A DNA stretch of 64,000 nucleotides, taken from NCBI GenBank assembly GCA_964476175.1, contig CAYYYU010000059.1, forward strand, positions 1,088 through 65,087. Reading direction: 5' to 3'. Within the stretch, counting starts at the first letter, position 1; the number at the start of each line of letters is the position of its first letter. Positions 28,751 to 37,722 of the stretch are shown here, piece by piece. A program made the translations under genes and the position numbers. Under the pieces are notes generated by a model. The model saw nothing but the letters and a program-made list of their open reading frames with translations, was not told the origin of the DNA and searched no databases. Source of the stretch: an uncultured Nitrosopumilales archaeon (GTDB lineage Archaea > Thermoproteota > Nitrososphaeria > Nitrososphaerales > Gagatemarchaeaceae).

Positions 28751-30049
28751 TTGACGTCGGCGAGTGTGGAGAGTTACGAGTCAGAGGCCAAGGTAGTCCC
28801 GTTTCAATCTCACTCCAATGTCGAAGTCGGTAAGCCGCACGCTGCTTGCAACACACCCGACGGGAGATTCACGGTGAAGGTGAGGAGAGACGGTTCACTA
28901 TTCTTGTTTTCTGGTTCGGGCAGGATGAGTTATCTGAAAGCTGAAATTCTTGAGAAGGTAATTCCTCGTTTCAAAGCTTTCGTTCCAGCCGTGCTGAGTG
29001 TTTCCTATGAAGATGCCAACACGGTTCTGTACCATTTCTACAAGGGCGGGAAGGGCTGGCGAGCAACAGTTCCAAACGACATAGCAGTACCGGGTGACGT
29101 CCTTCAACTCTGCGTCCATCTCCTCAGTGAGGGGGAGTTCGTAAGAAACCTGCCCAAGTTATCTCTCATGAATCCTAGCTTCAAGGATTGGCTCTCAAGC
29201 AAAGTGGAATTGGGCAGCGTCTCTATCGTTAGCAACAAGCTTGAATTGAACTTCAACCAAATACCTCCCCTCGAGGGGGTAACGAATTTCTCGATTGTTG
29301 GTTCTGCGCACGAATCACTCGGTTTCAATTCAGGCAGAACAACTCTTGATTTCGAAGTGAACGATCTCTTCGGTCAGACTAGAGTCATCAGAATGAACCA
29401 CGATGGGCACAAGGCGATGTGGTTGGGCGTAAAATATGGCGACAAATTCGAAAGAATTCTCTTTGTCTCCTCAGATGGCATGAGGACGCGGTTTGTCAAG
29501 AATGCAGGTGGGGGAGAAGTTGACGTTTTGACAAAATACCTTCGGGAACCTTCTGATTTCTATCAGTCAAGCGGACTGGAGGAAATCGAGAATCAATTCC
29601 ACGCCGCCGGCGCGTTCCGGGTCTTTCAAGTTAACGAGGTAAGATTGGAAAGACAGTTGGAATCAGAAATGCTACGCCGAGGCTCTAACTACGAACTCGG
29701 AAGACTGGGCGCCGAGATTGCGTACACCATCGCGAGAAAGGATCTTGGCCTAGGCGATATTGTACTAGTCGAACCGTCCAAAGAGGGCCGGGACCTCTTT
29801 ACAAGAGATGGCAAGGTAGTGATTCAAACGAGATTTGTGAGAGACTGGGAACGGCTTTCGCCGAGCAGAATTGACGATACTGTCAGGAGGCAAGTTCTGA
29901 GCGTTCTCTTCAAACTGAGACAGGATTTCGCATACAATCCTCATTCCAACCTAGGCTACGGAGTATTCTCCTATGCCGTAGGTAGTATTGTGAAGTCCAT
30001 TGTTGTGGCTTCGCGACGTGCAAACAGCAAAGAATCGGTCGAGTACTAA
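28751..30049 (+). CDS. Orphan 432-aa protein of unknown function (low G+C, candidate mobility gene)
   Basis: Long ORF with sampled G+C of about 37-45% against about 60% nearby. No family recognised. The C-terminal 'LGLGDIVLVEPSKEG' is only loosely PD-(D/E)XK-like. Confidence 0.6.
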   Translation: MTSASVESYESEAKVVPFQSHSNVEVGKPHAACNTPDGRFTVKVRRDGSLFLFSGSGRMSYLKAEILEKVIPRFKAFVPAVLSVSYEDANTVLYHFYKGGKGWRATVPNDIAVPGDVLQLCVHLLSEGEFVRNLPKLSLMNPSFKDWLSSKVELGSVSIVSNKLELNFNQIPPLEGVTNFSIVGSAHESLGFNSGRTTLDFEVNDLFGQTRVIRMNHDGHKAMWLGVKYGDKFERILFVSSDGMRTRFVKNAGGGEVDVLTKYLREPSDFYQSSGLEEIENQFHAAGAFRVFQVNEVRLERQLESEMLRRGSNYELGRLGAEIAYTIARKDLGLGDIVLVEPSKEGRDLFTRDGKVVIQTRFVRDWERLSPSRIDDTVRRQVLSVLFKLRQDFAYNPHSNLGYGVFSYAVGSIVKSIVVASRRANSKESVEY

Positions 30050-30056
30050 GTCGGAG

Positions 30057-30229
30057 TGGGGACGGCCGGATTTGAACCGGCGGTCTACAGGTTTCTTGGG
30101 CCGCTCCAAAGCTCATTCATCCACGTTTCCGTGTCAGCGGCTGTAATCTTTGTTGCACTGGAGCCTGTCGCCCTGCCTTTCCAGGGTGAAGTTGTACACC
30201 TGCCCCTCACCAAGCTGGGCTACGTCCCC
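30057..30229 (-). tRNA. tRNA-Trp (CCA) with two introns (32 nt at 26/27, 65 nt at 37/38)
   Basis: Hand fold. GGGGACG-TA-GCCC..GGGC-A | [30169-30200] | ACAGG-CTCCAG | [30093-30157] | A-CCTGT-AGACC-GCCGG-TTCAAAT-CCGGC-CGTCCCC-A. The pieces sum exactly to 173 nt. The intron 'TTTGGAGC' is complementary to the anticodon loop. Confidence 0.75.
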
Positions 30230-30283
30230 ATACGGTTAAGGCCGACCGACGGTGGCTTTATGGTTTCTTTCGTGACCGCTAAT

Positions 30284-31609
30284 CTACTTTCGGGGCCTGT
30301 CCTTCAGACCCTTGACGTCTACTAGTTCGTCAAGCGTCGGCCTCCCCACCTCGAAGGCTTCGAAACTTACCCGCGCCACAGGCTTTCTGATGTTAATCAT
30401 CTTCGTCAGGTCCGAAGGCGTCCCCAGCACCACAGCATCGCACTCGACCGCGTTGATGCTCTTCTCCAGCTCCTTGAGCTGCCCCTCGCTATAACCCAAT
30501 GCAGGCAAGACTTTGCCGAGTTTCGGGAACCTGGAGTAGGCGTTCTTTATCGAACCAACCGCCCTGTCCTTCGGGTCCACAAGGGTGGCGCCCACTGACT
30601 TCGCAGCGACTGCCCCGGCTCCGACCGAAAGTCCCCCATGCGTGACGGACGGGCCATCTTCCACGACGAGCACCCTCTTCTTTCGGATGAGTTCAGGCTT
30701 GTCTAGAACGGCCTCAGACCTGGTCTTCACCACCTTGACATCCGGGTTGAGCATCGTGCAGTTCTCGACTAGCTGGTCCACGGCCTTCTTACTGGCAATG
30801 TTCACCTTGTTTATCACAATCACATCGGCCATCCTCACATTCGTCTCTGCGGGATAGTATACCAACTCGTCTCCGACCCTGACCGGGTCTGCCACAACGA
30901 TGTTCAGGTCAGGTTTGTAGAAGCTGAAGTCGTTGTTCCCGCCGTCCCACAGGATCACGTCCGCCTCTTTCTCGGCTTGGTCAAGAATCGCTTGGTAGTC
31001 GACCCCTGCGTACACCACCATCCCCTTGTCGATGTGCCCCTCGTACTCCTCTCTCTCTTCTATCGTCGTGTGGAACCTGTCAAGGTCTTCATGAGTCGCG
31101 AATCTCTGGACGGCGACAGAGAGGTCACCGTACGGCATAGGGTGCCTCACGGCAACCGGTCTCAGCCCCTGCTTCAGCAGTACGTCCGCAACTCTCCTGC
31201 TGATAGTGCTCTTGCCGGCCCCAGTCCTCGTGGCAACGACCGCGACTACAGGTTTCTTCGACTTTATCATGGTGTCTGAAGGACCGAGCAGGTGGTAGCT
31301 CGCCCCCCTGGCCTGCGCAATCGAGGCAAGGTTCATCACGTATTGATTCGACACGTCGCTGTACGAGAAGAAGACATCCGTGACCTTCTCAGTCTCTATC
31401 AGCCCCTCGAGCTTCTCTTCAGGGTAGATTGGGATTCCTTCCGGGTACAGCTTACCCGTCAGCGACGGCGGGTAGACTCTGTTCGAGATGTACGGGATCT
31501 GGGTCGCGGTGAACGCCACCACCCTGTATTCAGGGTTGTTGCGGAAGAAGACGTTGAAATTGTGGAAGTCTCTTCCGGCGGCCCCCAGTATTATCGCGTT
31601 TCTTGGCAA
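30284..31609 (-). CDS. COG2403-type P-loop protein (cyclic 2,3-diphosphoglycerate synthetase-like)
   Basis: 441 aa. 'ILGAAGRDFHNFNVFF', 'ATRTGAGKST', 'RHPMPYGDL' and 'ILWDGGNNDF'. Confidence 0.7.
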   Translation of the reverse strand: MPRNAIILGAAGRDFHNFNVFFRNNPEYRVVAFTATQIPYISNRVYPPSLTGKLYPEGIPIYPEEKLEGLIETEKVTDVFFSYSDVSNQYVMNLASIAQARGASYHLLGPSDTMIKSKKPVVAVVATRTGAGKSTISRRVADVLLKQGLRPVAVRHPMPYGDLSVAVQRFATHEDLDRFHTTIEEREEYEGHIDKGMVVYAGVDYQAILDQAEKEADVILWDGGNNDFSFYKPDLNIVVADPVRVGDELVYYPAETNVRMADVIVINKVNIASKKAVDQLVENCTMLNPDVKVVKTRSEAVLDKPELIRKKRVLVVEDGPSVTHGGLSVGAGAVAAKSVGATLVDPKDRAVGSIKNAYSRFPKLGKVLPALGYSEGQLKELEKSINAVECDAVVLGTPSDLTKMINIRKPVARVSFEAFEVGRPTLDELVDVKGLKDRPRK

Positions 31610-31672
31610 CTGAAAACACCTGAGCCGGCCTTCCTGACCGTCTTTATATCTGATTTCCCGAAACCGGCGGTT

Positions 31673-31987
31673 TCAGTGAGGGCCCGGCGGCCCTGAACTC
31701 AGGTTCCATGGCTTCCCTCCCCTGACGACTTCACCCGGCATCCTGTCCTTCCACTTCTCAAGGAACTCCAAGTCTTCCTTCCTGTTTCTGAGGTTGTCGG
31801 GGAGCATCACAGGAATCTCGTCGATTATAGGATAGTATCTCCTGCACTGGTCGCAGAGTAGGACGCCGCTGACCACGACCACATCCCTTGCTTCAAACTC
31901 GAGCAGCTGGAGTGGGGAGTGCTTGTCGATGGGGCAGGCAAGGATGTCGAGAAGCTTTCTCTGCACAAGGCAAGAACCCGCTCTCAC
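31673..31987 (-). CDS. Trm112-family small zinc-ribbon protein
   Basis: 'LLDILACPIDKH...LLCDQCRRYYPIIDEIPVMLP'. The true start is probably internal. Confidence 0.7.
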   Translation of the reverse strand: MRAGSCLVQRKLLDILACPIDKHSPLQLLEFEARDVVVVSGVLLCDQCRRYYPIIDEIPVMLPDNLRNRKEDLEFLEKWKDRMPGEVVRGGKPWNLSSGPPGPH

Positions 31988-32051
31988 AGTATTAAACTGT
32001 TGGCCGGCCTTCGCAGAAAACTTAATCTAGCCATTCCGGCGGCATTCCACT

Positions 32052-32168
32052 CAGCCGGCCATAGCGTGTGGGTCCGACCCAGACTCGCTCCGATCCTGGA
32101 AGTCAAACCACGCGTCGTCAGGGTGATAGTGAGATGCGAGAGCTCTCGCGAAGTCCTGATGCCGGCGC
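32052..32168 (+). rRNA. 5S rRNA (stand-alone)
   Basis: 'GCCGGCCATAGCG...CCGATCCTGGAAGTCAAACC...GATGCCGGC'. The terminal helix GCCGGC/GCCGGC closes. About 117 nt. A TATA-like TTAATCT lies about 28 nt upstream. Confidence 0.85.
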
Positions 32169-32256
32169 CTATCCCGAACCACCTAGTGAGAATGTTGGAC
32201 TTCTGCTACAGAATGTTTAAGTCCGAGGCGTTGTAGGCGATTTTTGGGGCTTCGGC

Positions 32257-33375
32257 TTGTCCGCAATTGCCAACATCGCACTACAGCTCTCGAGCGACTC
32301 AGGGACTCTGCTGTACGTAGCGAGCCTTGGCTTCTTCGTCGTCTACGGGCTCTACGCCACAAGAATCCAGGTCTACTTCGCTCTCAATGACATAGGGAGG
32401 GGGCTCAACAAGCTGAAGGTGATGAAGGACAAGTCCAGAAAGGAGGCGATAGAATACCTGGTTAACGTCGGAAAGGCTTCTAACGACCCCACCGGGAGGG
32501 TGGACCAGTTCCTAGACTACGTTACGATCATGCCGGTGGACCTCGACCCTCAGGGAATCGTCAACAAGATCGACCACGTCGTGACTACAAACAACGACAG
32601 GGTCAGGGCGGAGGTCTCGGGTCTGCTAGGTCAGAACAACGCGGTTACGGTCTCGATTTCCGAGAACCTTCTTGAGGTTGCGTCCGCCCTCAACATGATC
32701 CACAAGATTGTCCGCCATTACTACCTCCTCGGCAAGAAGACGAACTCGTACTTCACTCTGATACAGCTTCAGATGCTCCTGCCGATGATCCTCCAGGAGG
32801 CCGACGCGTTGCTCAACGCCGTCGACTCCTTCAAGGTGGGACAGCCGGTCGGTGACGGCATCGGAGCGGTCGCAGTCTCGAAGTACATGGTCGGCAAGGA
32901 GAAGCGGGTGATCGCAAAGGACACGGTAATGGCAATCACCGAATTCAAGGGACGGAAGCTCTATGTCCTGAAGGCGGACGGACCGATGGGATACGTCGGT
33001 CAGCCGGGGGTCGCGATAAGAAAGGTGATCGAGGAGATGGGTGCGAAACCAAGCGCGATAATCATGATCGACGCGGCGCTGAAACTTGAAGGAGAGAAGA
33101 CGGGAGAGATTGCGGAGGGGGTCGGCGCTGCAATAGGAGGCATCGGGGTAGAGAAATACCAGATCGAGGAAGTGGCCACCAATCATAAAGTCCCGCTGTA
33201 CGCAATTCTTGTGAAGGAGAGCATCCTTGAGGCGATCACGGTCATGAGAAAGGAAATCGCAGAAGCTTCCGACAAGGTCACTCAGGCGCTCACTAGGCTG
33301 ATCGAAGAAAAGACGAAGGAAGGAGACGAGGTGCTCGTCGCAGGAATAGGCAACAGCTTGGGTGTGGCTCAATGA
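32257..33375 (+). CDS. Conserved archaeal membrane-associated protein (DUF1512-like)
   Basis: 372 aa with an N-terminal TM. Family assignment is from memory only. Confidence 0.45.
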   Translation: MSAIANIALQLSSDSGTLLYVASLGFFVVYGLYATRIQVYFALNDIGRGLNKLKVMKDKSRKEAIEYLVNVGKASNDPTGRVDQFLDYVTIMPVDLDPQGIVNKIDHVVTTNNDRVRAEVSGLLGQNNAVTVSISENLLEVASALNMIHKIVRHYYLLGKKTNSYFTLIQLQMLLPMILQEADALLNAVDSFKVGQPVGDGIGAVAVSKYMVGKEKRVIAKDTVMAITEFKGRKLYVLKADGPMGYVGQPGVAIRKVIEEMGAKPSAIIMIDAALKLEGEKTGEIAEGVGAAIGGIGVEKYQIEEVATNHKVPLYAILVKESILEAITVMRKEIAEASDKVTQALTRLIEEKTKEGDEVLVAGIGNSLGVAQ

Positions 33376-33575
33376 TGAGCTCTGTGCCTGCTGCAGACAA
33401 GAAGTCGAAGCTGCTGGTCTATTCGATTGAAGAGTGCCCAGTGGACGGTCAGAAGACGAAGAGGGCATTCCAGGTGGGGGATTACGTGACTAAGGAAGCT
33501 GCGAAGTGCACGAAGTGCGGCAATCCGACCAGGATCAGCCTGGTCTACGCCGAGAGCTCAAAGCCTTCAGGTTAG
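33372..33575 (+). CDS. Small zinc-ribbon protein
   Basis: 67 aa with 'ECPVDG...CTKCGN'. 4-nt overlap with the upstream gene. Confidence 0.5.
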   Translation: MMSSVPAADKKSKLLVYSIEECPVDGQKTKRAFQVGDYVTKEAAKCTKCGNPTRISLVYAESSKPSG

Positions 33576-34460
33576 CACGACCAGTCCTTCTTCGTCGAGC
33601 GCCATCGTGTGTTCGAACTGCGCGACCGGCTTCTTAGAAGCTTCCACCAAAGTCGGGTAGGAGCGCACCACCCGCTTCTTTATGAGCTCCCTCAGGGCCT
33701 TCCCGAGCTTCTCTTCTCCGGAATCTTGGGAGTACCATCTCGGAGTGAAGGGAAGGGTGCGCCTCTCGGACCAGACCCGCTCGGTGATGTCATCCAGGTC
33801 CTTGTCCCCGGTCTTTCTGCGCGCCACGATTGAGAATATCGTCTCTGAAGGGGAGTCGACGACATAGCCGGCAGCCGTCCCGGGAGTGAGGAACGGTTCT
33901 ATGGCGAAGACGTCCCCCTTCTTCAGCGCCGGGAGATTGGGCACGAAGACATTCGGGATGCTCTTCCCCGCGTGGACGGTGTACCTGTCGAGAGTGTGCC
34001 CTGTAAGGTTCCGTATGGTCTTGAAACCGAGCCGCGACGCCTCCCTGAATATCTCACCCCCTATCTCTCCCGCCCTCTGGTCCTTCTTCGCAGTCGCAAT
34101 CGCCGCGTTGAGCGCTCTCTCGGTAGCCTCCAGCAGCAGTTCGTATTGGGGGTTGAAGGTGATGCTTGTCGCAGTGTCAGCCACGTATCCGTCTACATGC
34201 ACGCCGAAATCCACCTTGATTACGTCCCCTTCGGTAAATCTTGACCTGTCGTTCCCCTGGGGCGCGTAGTGTGCCGTGACTTCGTTCACCCCTATCCCGG
34301 TCGGGAAGGCGGGGCTCGCGCCCCTGGCGACAATCTCCCGCTCTATCATCTCGCACGTCTCCAGATAACCGACCCCGGGTTTCACGAAGCCCTTGACCAG
34401 GGTCCGCACTTCGCTCGTTATCCTCCCAGCCCTGCGATATTGATCTGGAATCAAGCCCAC
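33567..34460 (-). CDS. map: Methionine aminopeptidase, type 2
   Basis: 297 aa. 'AFPTGIGVNEVTAHY', 'IKVDFGVHVDGY' and 'GHTL..Y..HAGKSIP'. Confidence 0.9.
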   Translation of the reverse strand: MGLIPDQYRRAGRITSEVRTLVKGFVKPGVGYLETCEMIEREIVARGASPAFPTGIGVNEVTAHYAPQGNDRSRFTEGDVIKVDFGVHVDGYVADTATSITFNPQYELLLEATERALNAAIATAKKDQRAGEIGGEIFREASRLGFKTIRNLTGHTLDRYTVHAGKSIPNVFVPNLPALKKGDVFAIEPFLTPGTAAGYVVDSPSETIFSIVARRKTGDKDLDDITERVWSERRTLPFTPRWYSQDSGEEKLGKALRELIKKRVVRSYPTLVEASKKPVAQFEHTMALDEEGLVVLT

Positions 34461-34479
34461 TCACCTCAAAAGTCTTTTA

Positions 34480-35025
34480 TTGCGTTCCGGGGGAGTCCGG
34501 AAAACCTGTGCTATTTCAACTGATTCCAACCGAAGTGAGCGAGACGTGAGGTACAGGGTCGTAGCGACTGGCGGCACCTTCGACCACCTTCACATTGGGC
34601 ACGAGGCGTTGCTTTCAAAGAGCTTCGAAGAGGGGGGGAAGGTCGTCATCGGGGTGACTTCGGACGCCTTTGCAGTCCGTGAAGGAAAGGCCCCGGACGA
34701 GTCCTACGCCGACCGGGTCAGGAACCTCAAGGAGTTCCTGCGCAGGAGGTTTCCCGGCAGGAAATACTTCATCGTGAAGCTGGACGACTACTTCGGACCC
34801 GGCATAGCTTCTCCAGACGTCGAAGCGATCGTAGTCAGCCGAGAGACAGCGTCACGCGTCCCAATCGCCAATGCGCTCAGGGCGAAGAAGGGGTACCCTC
34901 CCCTCAAGGTCACGGTGGTGGACTACGTCCTTGCCGAAGACAAGACACCTATTTCTTCGACCAGGATCAGGCAGGGGGAAATCGACAGATTGGGAAGGCT
35001 CCTCGGGCGCACCCCGCGAGAGTGA
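34480..35025 (+). CDS. Archaeal phosphopantetheine adenylyltransferase (cytidylyltransferase fold)
   Basis: 'VVATGGTFDHLHIGHEALL' and 'ISSTRIR'. The start is likely internal (around the VRYRVV region). Confidence 0.75.
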   Translation: MRSGGVRKTCAISTDSNRSERDVRYRVVATGGTFDHLHIGHEALLSKSFEEGGKVVIGVTSDAFAVREGKAPDESYADRVRNLKEFLRRRFPGRKYFIVKLDDYFGPGIASPDVEAIVVSRETASRVPIANALRAKKGYPPLKVTVVDYVLAEDKTPISSTRIRQGEIDRLGRLLGRTPRE

Positions 35026-36209
35026 GAGTGCCGCTTCACGAAAGGGATTTAATGCGAATTCTCAAAGGCAGGAGTATTGTGGAGAAGGACAATCTGGACC
35101 CATGGGGTTCCACCACCATCAAGGACTACTCAAGGCTCCAGGCCGAGTTCGGCATCGAGCCGGTGGCCCCGCTCCTCCCTCGTTTCAAGAAACTGAGCCA
35201 CCACCTGAGCCGGGGGATCGACTTCGGGCAGAGGGACCTGGGTCGAATCCTTGACGCCATAGACCACAGCAAGCCCTTCGCTGTGATGAGCGGCATCAAG
35301 CCGACCGGGGATTTCCACCTGGGGACCAAGATGACCGCCGACGACATGGTCTATTTCCAGTCTCTGTCAAAGAAGGGGACGGTCTTCTATGCGATCGCTG
35401 ACGTCGAAGCTTACTGTGACAACGGTCTTTCATTCAACGAGACCTCGAAGATAGCGGTTCAGAACGTGGCCGACATTCTGGCGCTGGGGCTCGACCCCGA
35501 GAGGTCCGTGGTCTACCTCCAGAGCGAGGAAATGAGGGTGATGCGCTTCGCCACGATTTTCTCGCGGGGGGTGACAAACAACATGCTGAAGGCAATCTAC
35601 GGGGAGAGGCAGCTCGGGCTCTATATGTCCGCGCTTATCCAAGCAGGGGACATCTTGATGCCACAGCTCCCGGAGTTCGGCGGGCCGAAGCCGGTCCTGG
35701 TTCCGGTCGGGGCCGACCAGGATCCCCATATCCGTCTGAGCAGAGACCTCGCAGCCAAGTACCACGACGACTTCGGATTCATTGCGCCGTCCGCAGTCTA
35801 CCACAGGCTGATGCTCAGTCTCAGCGGCGAGCAGAAGATGTCCAAACGGACCGTGTCCGCTTCGTTCACACTCGATGACCCTCCGACGGGTGCCACCAAG
35901 AAGGTGATGACTGCGTTCACTGGAGGGAGGGCGACCGTGGAGGAGCAGCGCCGGCTCGGAGGGAGACCCGACATCTGCCCTGTCTTTGACCTCTACCGAT
36001 TCCACTTCGGGCTGAACGACGAGCACGTCGAGCGGGTTCGCTACGAGTGCGCCGGTGGGATCAGGATGTGTGGCGAATGCAAGCAGGAAGCCGCCGGGCT
36101 CGTAAGACAGTTCTTGGAGCAGCACCAGAAGAAGCGCAATTCCCTCAAGAAAGAGGCCAAGGAGCTTATTGCAAGGAGCAGAAGCTACCTTCTGTCAGCA
36201 GGTAAGTAG
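35022..36209 (+). CDS. trpS: Tryptophanyl-tRNA synthetase
   Basis: 'DPWGSTTIKDYSRLQAEFGIEP', a 'HLG' HIGH-like motif and 'KMSKR'. The start may be ATG at 35052. Confidence 0.85.
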   Translation: MRVPLHERDLMRILKGRSIVEKDNLDPWGSTTIKDYSRLQAEFGIEPVAPLLPRFKKLSHHLSRGIDFGQRDLGRILDAIDHSKPFAVMSGIKPTGDFHLGTKMTADDMVYFQSLSKKGTVFYAIADVEAYCDNGLSFNETSKIAVQNVADILALGLDPERSVVYLQSEEMRVMRFATIFSRGVTNNMLKAIYGERQLGLYMSALIQAGDILMPQLPEFGGPKPVLVPVGADQDPHIRLSRDLAAKYHDDFGFIAPSAVYHRLMLSLSGEQKMSKRTVSASFTLDDPPTGATKKVMTAFTGGRATVEEQRRLGGRPDICPVFDLYRFHFGLNDEHVERVRYECAGGIRMCGECKQEAAGLVRQFLEQHQKKRNSLKKEAKELIARSRSYLLSAGK

Positions 36210-36213
36210 ATAG

Positions 36214-37722
36214 TTGTCAACCTCGCTCCACCCAATCGAGCAGAAAGTCCTGGCGGCCCTCAGGGGAAAATCTGGCCTTTATCTGGACGAGCTGGTCGCA
36301 GCCACCGGCCTGCAGGTCGATCAGGTCAGACGCTCACTGGAATGGCTGAGTACCAAGAACTTGGTCCGGCAGGAGTCCGAGGTAGGAGACCGGTGCGTAT
36401 GGACGGGGAGACAACCTCCGGAATCGGTCCTGGTCGCGAGGCTGGAGTCTAAAGCATCCCCAATGACAATCCAAGAACTCAAGAAGGACTTCGGCTCAGA
36501 AGATGAATTCTCAGCCGCGGTCGGCAATGCGAGGCGCTTGCGCTGGATAGAGCTCTCGGGAGGGGTCGTCCGTCTATCAAACCCCCGTGGCAGGCAGGGG
36601 CTCCAGGACTTGCTCCAGTCGCTATCCGCACCGGGGAAGGGATGGGACGCTCTCGCTGCGGACGAGCGCGTGATGATCGACGAACTGCGTTTGGTCAGCA
36701 GGGGGCTGCTCCGAATGGAACACACGAAGTTCGTAAGGGTCCACCTGACCGACGAAGGGACAAGAAACGCGGAGGAGCTGATAGCTGCGGCGCAGACTGA
36801 GGCGAGCACTGGCATCGACAGGCTCACCCCGGAGATGCTCGCGAGGGGAACGTGGCGCGGCTCCAAACTCAGGCCAATCGACGTCGAGGCGAAGGCCCCG
36901 CAGTTCTACCCTGGACGCAGGCACCCGGTCCGCGATTTCATCCGGGAGGTCAAGGAAACCTACGTCTCGATGGGGTTCACTGAGCTCGAGGGGGGAAGCG
37001 TGCATCCGGCATTCTGGAACTTCGATGCCCTGTTCATCCCGCAGGACCACCCCGGCCGCGATATGCAAGACACGTTCTACCTCGAAGGTCTCTCCGACAA
37101 GAGCCTCGACAGGACAGGGGTCGTGGCCAGGGTTGCGTCTACCCATGAGGACGGATGGAGAACCGGGAGCCGCGGCTGGGGCTACTCTTGGTCGATTGAG
37201 GAAGCCCGGCGCTTGGTGCTGAGGACGCACAACACAGTCCTCACGGTCAGGGCCCTCTCGGAATCTCGCGAGAGAGAAACCAGGGTCTTTGCGGTCAGCA
37301 AGGTTTACAGGAATGAAAACCTCGATTACAAACACCTGGCCGAGTTCTATCAGATGGACGGCATCATTGTCGGCGAGGGGCTCAACGTCAGGCACCTCAT
37401 GGGTTTCCTCAAGGAGTTCTACAAGAAGCTCGGGATGAAGGACGTCAAGCTCTGGCCGACTTACTTCCCCTACACTGAGCCGTCCCTTGAAGTAGTCGGG
37501 TACTCCGAGGCTGCCAAGGCGTGGATAGAACTCAGCGGGTCCGGGTTATTCAGGCCGGAGGTCACGCTACCACTGGGAGTCAGAGTCCCAGTCCTAGCCT
37601 GGGGGCCGGGGATCGAACGGTTGATGCTCATGAGGTTCGGATTGGACGACATGAGAGAGCTCTACGGGACCGACCTCTCTTGGCTGAGAAGGAGGGTGGA
37701 GTATGCCAGTCGTAGCCATTGA
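36214..37722 (+). CDS. pheS: Phenylalanyl-tRNA synthetase alpha subunit
   Basis: 502 aa. N-terminal wHTH repeats and a class II core ('FIPQDHPGRDMQDTFY', 'GPGIERL'). Confidence 0.9.
   Translation: MSTSLHPIEQKVLAALRGKSGLYLDELVAATGLQVDQVRRSLEWLSTKNLVRQESEVGDRCVWTGRQPPESVLVARLESKASPMTIQELKKDFGSEDEFSAAVGNARRLRWIELSGGVVRLSNPRGRQGLQDLLQSLSAPGKGWDALAADERVMIDELRLVSRGLLRMEHTKFVRVHLTDEGTRNAEELIAAAQTEASTGIDRLTPEMLARGTWRGSKLRPIDVEAKAPQFYPGRRHPVRDFIREVKETYVSMGFTELEGGSVHPAFWNFDALFIPQDHPGRDMQDTFYLEGLSDKSLDRTGVVARVASTHEDGWRTGSRGWGYSWSIEEARRLVLRTHNTVLTVRALSESRERETRVFAVSKVYRNENLDYKHLAEFYQMDGIIVGEGLNVRHLMGFLKEFYKKLGMKDVKLWPTYFPYTEPSLEVVGYSEAAKAWIELSGSGLFRPEVTLPLGVRVPVLAWGPGIERLMLMRFGLDDMRELYGTDLSWLRRRVEYASRSH

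Noticed and set aside
30093-30157. Box C/D guide RNA inside the tRNA-Trp intron, as known in some Euryarchaeota
   Set aside because: I find CUGA and GGAUGA (D'/C'-like) in the middle of the intron and anticodon-loop complementarity. I find no convincing terminal C (RUGAUGA) or D (CUGA) boxes at the right spacing, and the N+5 rule does not land on C34. Left as an open possibility only.
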